DNA of 33,602 bases, taken from contig NW_025214356.1 in NCBI RefSeq assembly GCF_004010195.1, positions 5,323 through 38,924 of the forward strand. The letters run 5' to 3'. This DNA is from Chiloscyllium plagiosum. Taxonomy: Eukaryota. Both the position numbers and the translations under genes were made by a program. The notes beneath the pieces were generated by a model. That model saw nothing but the letters and a program-made list of their open reading frames with translations, ran no database searches and was not told where the DNA came from. Positions 23,196-33,602 of this stretch are shown here, one piece after another (position 1 is the stretch's first letter; every line of letters begins with the position of its first letter).

Positions 23196-23964
23196 GATTT
23201 TCAACTGTTTGTCTGGAAGGGCAGGTGAGGAACGACATCTCACAATCTTTAAAACGCCATTGGATGATTCACTTTCAAGTCTACAGCCACGTTTTGGTAT
23301 GTGGGACTGGTGAATATTTAGAATAGTATTTCTTGGTATAGGACTCGATGGGCTGAAAAGCCTCCCCTCGACTTCCTGATTATGTTATTCTGTGCTCGAA
23401 CATACACAAACCACAGCCAACAACCAACTTCACGCCTTTATTTTATACCTTTAACTTGGGGGTGGAAAGGGCATGTTTCTCCACTCAGCGGTCGGTTTTG
23501 ACAATTGTCTGAGAATATCCACTGCCTCACATCTGAGTTCAAAGATTCGAAATGAAATTGGTTTCTGCACTGGGATAGAGTAGGAAACAAAATTCTATCT
23601 GCTTGCGTACCAAACACCAAACGACCATCAATCACACAAATTCCTGTCCGCATTGTTCAAACATTAAGGGAAATATCTAGCAGGTTTGTGTGTTTCGAGG
23701 AGGTGAATGCACCATTTCGTGGTAAAACGCACAGAATGAAATGTTCTGTTAAAAACAGGAGAGGCTGCGAGGCATGGTCCCTGAAATAATCCGGGCACAC
23801 AACACATTGCCAATATTTGGTCACTCAGACTCTAAGGCCACGTTCCCCAAACTCAATAAATCATCATCACAGAAACTGCTGGCCCCGCTCAATGGATCAG
23901 GCAGCAACTGTGGAGAGAAGGCATTGCCAACTTTTCAGGTCGAATTACCCTTGTCAGAACTGAC

Positions 23965-24308
23965 CGAAGTGGTTCTGTGGTCACATGCACAGTCAGAACA
24001 AGTCAAACCAAAAATTTGCGAAGTGAATCTGGAGTCACACCTAGGGACAGAGCATGTGAGTGGTACCCTCAGTGCTATGGTTCTGGAATCTCGTGCAAGA
24101 TAGACCTGGTTGAGGTGAAACATAGTGTTACGAGCAGGGAGTCACATGTATACATAGAGCAGGTCGGTGGTAAGCACAGTGCTTTTGGTCAGGATTTGCA
24201 TACAGACCCCACAGTAGGTTAATGATAGCCAAACTGGTGTGGACTGGGGTCACACGTATAGACGGAGGGAGTCAATGGCAACCACGGTGCTGTGCGTTTG
24301 GAGTTCCA
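23965..24308 (-). repeat. Degenerate 54-bp minisatellite (mirror of 3300-3645)
   Basis: GTCACA/GAGTCACA motifs at ~54-bp spacing. Confidence 0.7.
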
Positions 24309-24329
24309 TGTAGAGTCAATGTACTTCAT

Positions 24330-24996
24330 TATACCCTGTCCAAACTTCGGAAAGTCAGATCACACCGCTGTATTCCTCCTCCCAGCTCACAAGCAGAAGC
24401 TGAAACCTTTTTCTTTGAAGTAGGACCCTTCACAAAAAGTGATACGATGCTGGTCAGAAGCAGTAGAGAACCATCTCCTGGAGTTCTTGGAATCGGTGGA
24501 CTGGATTGTATTCAAGCAATTATTGGAAAACCTGGATCAGTACGTAGCACCATCTTGGATTCATGAGCAAATGTGTGGAGGACTGTGCAGCAAAAATGTA
24601 AATCAGGTTGTTCTCCAACTGGAAACCTTCGACGAACCAGGAAATCCACTTCCTACTGAAGATCAGCATTCAGGTCGGAAGACATGGAACGACGTATATG
24701 TCTTCTTCAAAGCCATCAGGGTTGCTATCATTCGGTGCCAGATCACATTAGAGGACCACAACAACCAACCACACTACCACCGCCTGTGTTAAGGCCTAAA
24801 CTGCATTACAGGGTAGGATATGAAACACAGCAAGATAACAGACAAGGGCACGTACCTCTTGGACGTGCATAATGATTTCTAAGCTCAGTTTGAGAAGAAT
24901 GCTAGGTGTTTTGTGGAGCCGGGCCAACAGCTCCGGGCACATTTGTACTCTCCATCACCATTTCAGATGTTAGATCGTTCTTCCTGAGAGGCAAAC
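24330..24996 (+). mobile_element. Rex1/Babar LINE fragment (mirror copy; resumes briefly at 25526-25610 after a foreign insert)
   Basis: ORF 24439 reads IRCWSEAVENHLLEFLESVDWIVFKQLLENLDQY..KAIRVAI..; upstream FGKSDHTAVFLLP. Confidence 0.85.
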
Positions 24997-25304
24997 TCGA
25001 AATGGCGGTGACTCTCGGTTCATTACGATCGTGCTCCAGCGAATGGTCGTGAATTCACGTGATCAGGTCATTGGATTTTCAGAAATTCCGATTCAGGCAA
25101 GTGTGAAAACGCTCACGGAGATGTCCTCTGGAATTTGAAGCGGCGTACCCTTCCACTCAGGCTATTGTTTCGGCCTGCTGTGTCTGATTCAAACAGAAAC
25201 TTCCCGTGACTGTCGCCAGTGGGCAATCGTTGTGGGCAAGACTTCCAGATCAAGATTTACTTCCAATGTCGCTGTTTTCATTGTTTAAACGAAATCATTT
25301 CACT

Positions 25305-25376
25305 TGCCTGTTCAGGGAATTGAATCTGAGATTACCACCTTACAGATCGGGTTGCTAACCACTATAAGAACGAGAA
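25305..25376 (-). pseudogene. Decayed tRNA-Asp(GTC)-like sequence
   Basis: Minus strand TTCTCGTTCTTATAGTGGTTAGCAACCCGATCTGTAAGGTGGTAATCTCAGATTCAATTCCCTGA aligns without gaps to vertebrate tRNA-Asp (TCCTCGTTAGTATAGTGGT.AGTATCCCCGCCTGTCACGCGGGAGACCGGGGTTCGATTCCCCGA, recalled) at about two-thirds identity. Stems are broken and the anticodon position reads GTA. Confidence 0.65.
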
Positions 25377-25612
25377 ACATTCTTTTCAATCCTGGCGTTT
25401 AGGTCACATATCGAATCGCCTACTTGGAAATGAAGGTGTGGTCAGTCCCTTCAGGAATGTGACATGACCTGTAGGACTGAGGGGCTGCGGATACACTTCA
25501 GTTCTCTCGGAATGAGTCTGGAAGGCTACGTCTCAGTTCCAAACACTCCAACTGGATGCCCAATTTTCTGACTCACAGTCTGCAATTAGTGAAAATGATA
25601 GTACACTATTGA

Positions 25613-27356
25613 TGCGCGTGGGTGTGGGTGTGTGCATGGGTGTGGGGGCATGTGGGTGTGTGAGGATGTGTGCGTTGGTGTGAGATGTGTGCATGTACAT
25701 GCGTGAGTGTGTGGGTGTGTGAGGTGCTCGTGGTTGTGGGTGTGTGAAGGTATTTGTGTCGTTGTGTTTGTGCATGTGCATGCGTGAGTGTGTGGGTGTG
25801 CGTGTGCGGGTGTCGGCATGTGAAGGTGTATGGGTGTGGGTGTGGGTGTTTGTATCGGTGTGTGTGTGGGTGTATGTGCCTATGTGTCTGTGCCTGTGCA
25901 TGCATGTTGATGTGGATGTTAGTGTGGTGTGTGCGTTTGTATGCGTGTGCTTATGGCTGTGTGTGTTGCTGTATGGGAGAGACTGCCTGTGTGTGCGTTG
26001 GTGTGGGTTTGTGCGCATAAGTGTGAGTGTGTGCATAAGTGTGTGGGTGTGTGGGTAGGTGTGTTTATGCATATGCGAGAGTGTGTGCCGGTGTGTGTGT
26101 TCTGGTGTGTCTATGCTTACGTGTGGGCGTTTGTATGTGGGAGTGCATTGCATGTGGTTTTGAGTGTGTACGTGCCTGTCTGTGGCTGTGGGTGGCTGCA
26201 TGCGTGGATGTGCGGGTGGGTGAGTATGTGTGTATATGTTTTGCGAGTGTGCATGTGGGTGTGTAGTTGTGAACGATTGCGGGTGTTGATGGTTGTGATT
26301 GTTTTGTATGGTTGTTTATGCGTGGATGTGTGGGTGTATGTGTACACATCCTGTTGCATTTGGTTGTATGAGGATGTGCATGTGGCTGTCTGTGTTCGTG
26401 TGTTTGTCTGTGTGGGGGTTGGCGTCGGTGTGCGTCTATGCGTGGATATGTGTGTTTGCACACGTGTATGCATGGTGCGAGTGCGTTTGTGTAGGGAAGT
26501 GCATGTCGGATGTGTGCACGTGTGTGTATATGTGTGAGTAGGTGAATATGTGCATGTGTGCGTGGCTGGATAGGTGGTTTAGTGTGCGTGTGTGTGAGGA
26601 TCTGTGCATGTGCACATCTGTTTGTGTGGTGAGGATCTGTGCATGTGCACATCTGTTTGTGTGGGTATTTGTGCATTTGCGCGTGAGTGTGCATGTCTGT
26701 GTCCTCTGGTGTGTGTTGGGGTGTGTGCTTTTGGTCTGTGCGTGCGTGCATGGTTGGGTGGGTGAATGGGTGAGTGCATGTGCATGTGTGTTTGTGGAGG
26801 TGGGTGTGTGGTTGTGGGTGTGTGGTTGTGGGTGTCTGTATTTGTGAGTGCATCTGTGAGTTTGTGCATATTTGAGTGAATGGATCTGGGTGTGTGGTTG
26901 TGTATGTATCAGTGTGTGTACTTATGTGTGCATGTGTGTGCGTCTGTGTTTGGTATGCACGCATGTCGATGTATGTGAGTGTAGGTGTGGATGTGTGGGT
27001 ATGCATGTGCATGCGTGTATATGTGTGTGTGTGTGCGTGGATGTGGGTGTGTCTGCGTGTATGTGCATGTGTGTTTATATGTGGAAGTGCTTGCGTGTGA
27101 GTGGGTGGGTATAGGTGCATTTGTGGATATACCTTATGGATGTGCTGTGTGTGGGTGTGTGTATTGGAGTGTGTGTAAGTTGGTGTGTATGCGTGGATGT
27201 GTGTGTGCATGCATGTGTGGGGCTGGGTTGTGCGGGTGTCTGTTTGGGAGTGTGTGGGGGAGGTTCTGTGTGTGTGTCTGTGTTGTGTGTGTGTCAGTGT
27301 CTCGGTGTGTTTCTGTGTGTGCGTGGTTGTGTGCATATCCGTACATACATGTGTGA
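25613..27356. repeat. Long degenerate (TG)n low-complexity tract (mirror of 355-2097)
   Basis: Reverse complement of the left tract with slippage indels. Confidence 0.95.
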
Positions 27357-27788
27357 TGAATAATGACAGCAGGCTCTCCGAGTCCATAAAAAAACAACAG
27401 TATTGTGCCAGCCTGCCGAGTGCAGCTGGGAGCAGCGAGCCCGATGATGTAGATATCTCTGATACTGATTCGTGTTGCCTTGGTGCTGTGGCAGCCCATT
27501 ACTACTGACAGGAAATTGTGAAGAAGGGATTTTTGGCAGATCAGTACAAATCGCAGAGATCACTCTGGGTGTGGAGACAGGGAAGTCGCAGATTAGGCCA
27601 TTCAGCCCGGTCAGTCTGTCCTGCCATTTATTTGCATAAAGGCTGCTTTGGATTTGTTAATGGAGCTTCTCGTGTCGAGACTGTCAATGTCTAAATCCCA
27701 TCGCAATCAAACCCTTCTGAGCTTTCCTTTCCTGGGTCACTTTGTATTCGGTAATTGTAAGCGGGATTTAAAGAGAGGGAGGGAATAG

Positions 27789-28110
27789 CGTGGCACAGTG
27801 GCAAGCTGCTTAATACTGCTGCCTTAGCGAATCAAGAACATGGGCTCAATTGCACCTTGTACGACTCTCTATGTGGAGTGTGCACATTCTCCCTGTCTCT
27901 GCGTGAGTTTCATCGGAGTGTTCTGGTTTCCTCCCACTTTCCAAAGATGTGCAGTTTATTGTATTCGGCCTGACAAATTGCACATGATGTGCAGGCTAGT
28001 CGAATTAGCCATGGGAAGTACAGACTTGGAGGGATGCAGTGGATCTAGTGAGATTCTCTTTGGAGTGTTGGTATGGACTCGATGGGTCAAATTGCCAACT
28101 TCCGCAGCGT
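27789..28110 (+). mobile_element. HE1-like V-SINE, decayed
   Basis: tRNA-like head GTGGCACAGTGG..ACTGCTGCCT..GGGCTCAATT, then V-domain TGTGGAGTGTGCACATTCTCCCTGTCTCTGCGTGAGTTTC..GGTTTCCTCCCAC..CCAAAGATGTGCAG and tail GGACTCGATGGGTCAAATTGCC. Confidence 0.8.
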
Positions 28111-28674
28111 AAGATAAATCAAGTAATCTGTAACGAGGGCAGAGTGTAAGTGTGATAAATTAATGCATCAATCACTGAGGGGTTGTGATGCCGAATGTCC
28201 TGCCTGGGGGTGAAGTGTGGTTGCGTGGTATTGGACGCAGATTAAATTAAAACCTCCAAGAAGTGAAGAGGAGTTAGCAGCATGGCGCTTGTACAGCTTG
28301 CAAGGAATAAAGGACAGAACAGACCCCTTCAGTGATACAATAACACTGCCTTTAAATCTTGATGATTTCTCTCTCTTCAAAACTCTTTCTTTGCCCCAGG
28401 CAGACAACTATCAACCTTGGCTTTACAAGTTCAGCTGATGGAGGGGCACAAGTAAGCCTTTCAGCCCATCGAATCTGGTCAGATATTGAAGTGTCTGATT
28501 TGGTAATACTTATCTCTTTTCATGGGTCTTTTACCCATGATCCTTGAAACGGGGTAAACAGCTTCTGCGCATCTCCCTTGTCAAGTCCCGCTTTGAATTT
28601 TATGTGCTTAATTAAGGTCTCCAATAGTCTGAAACGCTATCTCACCAAGGAGCTATCGTTATCATCTTGTATTT

Positions 28675-28940
28675 NNNNNNNNNNNNNNNNNNNNNNNNNN
28701 NNNNNNNNNNNNNNNNNNNNNNNNNNNNNNNNNNNNNNNNNNNNNNNNNNNNNNNNNNNNNNNNNNNNNNNNNNNNNNNNNNNNNNNNNNNNNNNNNNNN
28801 NNNNNNNNNNNNNNNNNNNNNNNNNNNNNNNNNNNNNNNNNNNNNNNNNNNNNNNNNNNNNNNNNNNNNNNNNNNNNNNNNNNNNNNNNNNNNNNNNNNN
28901 NNNNNNNNNNNNNNNNNNNNNNNNNNNNNNNNNNNNNNNN
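28675..28940. other. Assembly gap
   Basis: Run of N. Confidence 0.99.
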
Positions 28941-29058
28941 TGAAATCGATATCAAGACGTCTGTGCTTCTCCAATTTTGGCCTGGTGTGTGCTGGAGCAT
29001 TTTAACCAATTTTCCAAAAATCCATCAGCTATTCTGATCATAAATCCCCTCGTGCCAA

Positions 29059-29375
29059 CCTCTTCCTCTCTCTCTCTCTCTCTCTCTCGCTCCGCTTCTC
29101 TCCATATCTCATTTCTTCACTATTGCTATCTCTCTTTTTATGTGTGTGCGTGCATGTCTTGATTCTAGTTTCGACTCTATATTTTAGTCTAAATCTGCCC
29201 TCAGTTCCATCTCTGTCTCTATCACTTCCTCTGTCTTTCACTTGCTTTTCTCTTTCTTACTCTGTTGTCCTTTATCTCCCTTTCTCTCCATCTCTATCGG
29301 CCTATCTCTGTTTTTCTCCAACTCGCTCTCTCACTACCACTTCGCTGTCTCCATCTCTCTCTGCGTCTCCTCCTT
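29059..29375. repeat. Degenerate (CT)n polypyrimidine tract
   Basis: A pure (CT) run at ~29066-29088 followed by ~290 bp of interrupted TCTC. Confidence 0.85.
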
Positions 29376-30169
29376 TAAGACGTTCCAGCAAACAAAAAGT
29401 TTTCTGGCAAATCATGGTCACGTGTCCAATGAGCTGCTCATGTGCCTCATGACCATTTTGGAGCACCACGGGACATTTCTTGACAACATTTTCCTCAATA
29501 TGAGCTGCACGGTCCTCCCAGAATTATGGTCCCAGAATTAAGACTCTGAGTCTTATTTCACTCGGAGTAACGTGCAAAGTTTTGTTTTCCAAATTGAAAT
29601 GATCCCAGCTTGTGGTCATCGTGTAAAAGTAAGGAGCCACACTGAAGCCTGGCTTGATGGGCCATAAGGGTGAAATTGTTTTCTTTGCACCTACCATCGA
29701 AGCCTGTCAATGAATGAGTTCATCAGAGGCTGCAGCATAGGATCAACAGAAAACACTGCAACATTATATTTTAACATAACGAATTATGTAAACAATTATC
29801 TTAAACAGCAGAAACATTGTTGCGAAGATGTCATTCTAAGGATTAGAAAGTTTCATCCGTTTAACTTCAGCAACAACCATAAAAATGATCACATCTCAGA
29901 GAAGAGTTGCCATTATGTCCACAACAGTGTTATGACTTCAACTGAAAACTGGGATTCCGTTAAGCATGACGGTGCATCTCCAGTTAATATATTAGTCTGG
30001 AGTCCCTTAAAATAAGCTGCTTATGCTGATGACTTATTTCTGAACGAGTTTTTTTTTGTAAAGCCTGCTTTCAGAAAGAGTTTGAAACACATTAAGATGT
30101 TTAATGACATTAGAGAACAAGATGTTGAAAACATTGTATTCGGACGGATCAAGGATAGGCTAACTATTT

Positions 30170-30895
30170 AAAATCAGAGAGTTGTGACAAGGGGACCGTT
30201 TCAGGATGACATCCTGTAACTCCGGGATGGCCACAGGGGTCAATGCTTGGGGTACAACTGCATACAGTCTACAATAATGACTTGAACGAGTGAGTCGAAT
30301 GCACCAAACCCAAATTTGCAAAGGACATAAAAATAGTTTCGAAGGCAGGTAGTTAGGATCTTGCAAAGGGACTGCAGAGTTACATGGAGAAGTTATGTGG
30401 ATGGGAAAAAAATGGAAGTTGCAATATAATGTGGGTAAATGTGTGGTTGTGCATTTATTTTACAGGGAAGAATAGAGTAACTCAATATTATAAAGTGGAG
30501 AAAGAATGCAGAAAGTTCTGTAACAGGATGATCAGGGGGAGTCCATCCATGTATTTCAAATATAAAGCATCAAAGTATAATGTGTCCGATAGATAGCAAT
30601 TGGAATGGTGCGCAAAAGTCATGCTGTCTTTCTAAAATTGTGCAATGTAGATATCTAAATACGGCTGGACATGGATAAAATATTTGAGTCTATTAACGAT
30701 GCAAATATATGCTGCCATTGTAGGCAGTCCACAGAGGATTGACTGCCTGGTCCACGCATGGAGGAAAAGTCGTCGAAGGAGTGTTAACGTAGATTGAGCC
30801 TGCAATTTTTGGAGTTTAGATGAATGAAAGGAGATCTTATTGTAGTATCCAATATTCAGAAAATTGAGCACAGTTCCAGTTTCTATTTCCCTTGG
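30170..30895 (+). mobile_element. Very decayed CR1 RT/3' fragment
   Basis: GMATGVNAWG/NNDLNE..KFAKDIK-like remnants of GVPQGSVLG..INDL..KFADDTK; AAGGAGATCTTATTG near 30828. Confidence 0.6.
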
Positions 30896-31023
30896 TCAAT
30901 AAAATGGAGCATTGTACAGTCTTCTGATTTGCACACCACATAGTTCGAATTCTTTGGAACACACACATGTTCTGTTCTCCATATCCCTCACTTACATATC
31001 AAATAAAACACTACGCACATTTC

Positions 31024-31785
31024 NNNNNNNNNNNNNNNNNNNNNNNNNNNNNNNNNNNNNNNNNNNNNNNNNNNNNNNNNNNNNNNNNNNNNNNNNNNNN
31101 NNNNNNNNNNNNNNNNNNNNNNNNNNNNNNNNNNNNNNNNNNNNNNNNNNNNNNNNNNNNNNNNNNNNNNNNNNNNNNNNNNNNNNNNNNNNNNNNNNNN
31201 NNNNNNNNNNNNNNNNNNNNNNNNNNNNNNNNNNNNNNNNNNNNNNNNNNNNNNNNNNNNNNNNNNNNNNNNNNNNNNNNNNNNNNNNNNNNNNNNNNNN
31301 NNNNNNNNNNNNNNNNNNNNNNNNNNNNNNNNNNNNNNNNNNNNNNNNNNNNNNNNNNNNNNNNNNNNNNNNNNNNNNNNNNNNNNNNNNNNNNNNNNNN
31401 NNNNNNNNNNNNNNNNNNNNNNNNNNNNNNNNNNNNNNNNNNNNNNNNNNNNNNNNNNNNNNNNNNNNNNNNNNNNNNNNNNNNNNNNNNNNNNNNNNNN
31501 NNNNNNNNNNNNNNNNNNNNNNNNNNNNNNNNNNNNNNNNNNNNNNNNNNNNNNNNNNNNNNNNNNNNNNNNNNNNNNNNNNNNNNNNNNNNNNNNNNNN
31601 NNNNNNNNNNNNNNNNNNNNNNNNNNNNNNNNNNNNNNNNNNNNNNNNNNNNNNNNNNNNNNNNNNNNNNNNNNNNNNNNNNNNNNNNNNNNNNNNNNNN
31701 NNNNNNNNNNNNNNNNNNNNNNNNNNNNNNNNNNNNNNNNNNNNNNNNNNNNNNNNNNNNNNNNNNNNNNNNNNNNNNNNNNNNA
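31024..31785. other. Assembly gap
   Basis: Run of N (right edge +/-1). Confidence 0.98.
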
Positions 31786-31863
31786 GTGTGTCCGAGAAAT
31801 GTGGTTTTGCTAAAATTGTGCAATCTAACTATGGCTTCATATGGCTAAAATATCTGATATTGT

Positions 31864-32518
31864 GGGAGAGGGCGCTGGTACAGTGTTGGTGCAGACGATG
31901 GGGACTCTATCAGTGGGTCAGTGCTGACTGAAATGACAATGTCGGAGGGTCAGTGGTGAGAAAGAAATTACTATTGCATGCTGAACGCTGAGGATGTGGG
32001 TATCGTCAGAAGTTCGTTCCTGAAGAAGTAGGCTCTGCCAGAGTGTTTGTGTTGAGGGAGTGTTGCATTGCTGAAGTGTCAGAACGGGGGGAGTCCCATT
32101 GTCAGAGAGACAGTGCCGCAATAGCGCTACACTGAGAAAGGGTCGTTCTGAGGCAGTGACACGTTGTCAGAGAGTCACTGCTGGCTGAGGTTAGCTCCAC
32201 ACTGTCAGAGGGTCAGTTCTGAGGGAGTGACACACTGTCAGATGGTCATTGTTGAGGAAGTGCCGCACTCTTTGAGTCAGAGTTGAGGCAACACCTCACT
32301 GTCGTAGGGTCAACACTGAGGAAGGTCCTCACTGTTGGAGGGAGAGCGCTGAATGAATTTTGCACTGCCAGAATGTCAGCACTGAATGAGGTCGGCATGG
32401 TAGGCGGGTCCTTGCTGATTGAGCGGCGCACTGACAAACGGTTAGTGCTGAGGGAGTACCAATCTGTCGGAGGCTGAGTGTTGATGGAGAGAGCACAATT
32501 GAAGGGTCAGTGTTGAAC
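31864..32518 (+). repeat. Degenerate 33-bp minisatellite (consensus ~GGTCAGTRCTGAGGGAGTGCYGCACTGTCAGAG)
   Basis: Best unit GGTCAGTTCTGAGGGAGTGACACACTGTCAGAT at 32211-32243; GGTCA/TGAGG/CACTGTC recur at ~33-bp spacing. Confidence 0.8.
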
Positions 32519-32549
32519 ATGTACTTTCTTGTTTGAGGGTCTTTGTCTG

Positions 32550-32770
32550 AGGGACGTGAATCGGTGGAATCCCTAACGCGTACGAGCGTTTGAGGTTGGG
32601 TCAGTCAGTATATTCAAGGCTGAGATGCAGAGATAGCTCTTTAATAAGGAAGTGAATTGTGCATTCAGGGGCAAAAGGAGGAAACTAGAGGCAGGGATGA
32701 TCAGATCAGCCGCATCACATTGAATGGCTGAGCATCCTTGATGGGACGAATGTCTCATTTATGCTCCAGT
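32550..32770 (+). mobile_element. CR1 3' end fragment
   Basis: GTGAATCGGTGGAATCCCT..GGGTCAGTCAGTATATTCAAGGCTGAGAT..ATCAGATCAGCC..TTGAATGGC resembles 5880-6075. Confidence 0.65.
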
Positions 32771-33389
32771 GTTCACACGCAATTCCAGATCATTCGCAGC
32801 TCGGAACACGTGCATTGTCCAATTCATCGTATAGACATCTTTTTGGTCCACTGTGCAGGAATGAAGATCATGATCAGCAGTTTGTTCCGGTGAAGGAGGT
32901 GGTGAAATTCGGATGTAGGCTCTGAAGGGCCGAGTTATTAAGATGAAGCATATCCAGACTGTATCAGATGTTAATTAACTAAGTGAGACTCTCAAATTTC
33001 TCACATCAATGATGCGCTTTCTGCTCTCTCCTCAACGAACGTTTAGGCAGGATACAGTATTGGCCCTTCCTCACTGCTTGGCCGGGGGTGAGCTAACACT
33101 ATCCAGGTACCGTGAGGCGGGTAATTGCATGTCTGCACCCTATCTCACTTGGAATTTTAAAATTCTGAAACCTATCACAGATTCAACATTTCGAGTTGCT
33201 CAGCCCAACGAAAAGGGGCTCACTGGTCTCGTTGCGAACTTGTTTGGTTCTGATCAACTCAGCTCTTGGGTCTTTTGAATCATCTTGTACTGAATCGATT
33301 ATCGCAGTGTCACAATGCCGAACAGCACCACGCAAGAGGAGCAAAAAATAAATAATTCGGCAAGCACAAATTCACCGCACAATGTTTAA

Positions 33390-33602
33390 GCATGCATCTG
33401 TGCATGTGTGTGTGGGTGTGGGGGGGAGGGCTGCATGAGGTTAATAGTGTCTTTGGGAGACTGTGTGTATCTGTGTGAGTGTAAGTGCAATTGTCCATCA
33501 GAGTGTGCGTGCGAGTATGGGAGTGCATAGTGAGTGTCTGAGAGAGATTTCTTTGTGGGAGAGACGCTCTGCATCAGTGTATGGGAATGTAAGATTGTGG
33601 GT
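33390..33602. repeat. Degenerate TG-rich tract
   Basis: Interrupted GTGT repeats running to the window end. Confidence 0.7.

Larger units (their letters stand above)
14523..27712 (-). repeat. Right arm of giant imperfect inverted duplication (includes arm-specific segments 14696-17336, 21598-22649, 24997-25525)
   Basis: Reverse-complement match to 1..10346 with scattered substitutions (about 4 differences in the outermost 150 bp) and indels. Confidence 0.95.

Noticed and set aside
25305..25376. Functional tRNA (GTA anticodon, Tyr)
   Set aside because: The body is Asp-like, and the acceptor, anticodon and T stems do not pair.
1..27712. Giant DNA transposon (Polinton, Teratorn or foldback) with long terminal inverted repeats
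   Set aside because: The arms consist of old nested host repeats, and no integrase, polymerase or transposase is visible inside.
29242..30015. Polypyrimidine tract plus AG at ~29380 as a splice acceptor, and ORFs 29242..29541 and 29710..30015
   Set aside because: The tract is a CT microsatellite and the peptides resemble no family I recognise.
31864..32518. CRISPR-like array
   Set aside because: Eukaryotic context; contiguous degenerate units without unique spacers and no cas genes.
32795..32920. Faint TRIM B-box-like words (HCPIH; LCRNEDHDQQFVPVKEVVK)
   Set aside because: The pieces lie in different frames, the Cys/His spacing is wrong and there are no supporting exons; a BLASTX hit would be needed.

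Overview
Repeat-dense vertebrate DNA with three N-gaps and no recognisable intact protein-coding gene. The repeat families (an HE1-like V-SINE, CR1, Rex1/Babar, Penelope-like tails) suggest a cartilaginous fish, probably a carpet or bamboo shark; this is an inference. The window is dominated by a giant imperfect inverted duplication: 1..10346 is the reverse complement of 14523..27712, at roughly 95-97% identity by eye. The left arm runs off the window start and its inner end disappears into a 500-N gap. The arms differ by discrete events: (1) a 2.6 kb deletion in the left arm; (2) a 1.05 kb segment present only in the right arm; (3) a ~955 bp tandem duplication in the left arm; (4) a 429-to-529 bp replacement in the right arm that brought in a decayed tRNA-Asp-like sequence. 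Embedded in this is a target-site-duplication-bounded cassette (16990..17860) of ~399-nt non-coding monomers in tandem and inverted orientation, carrying minimal hammerhead ribozyme motifs (Penelope-derived, retrozyme-like). There are also two GIY-YIG Penelope-like 3' ends with hammerhead motifs, decayed CR1 and Rex1 LINEs, and two degenerate minisatellites (54 bp and 33 bp) that appear to derive from SINE segments.
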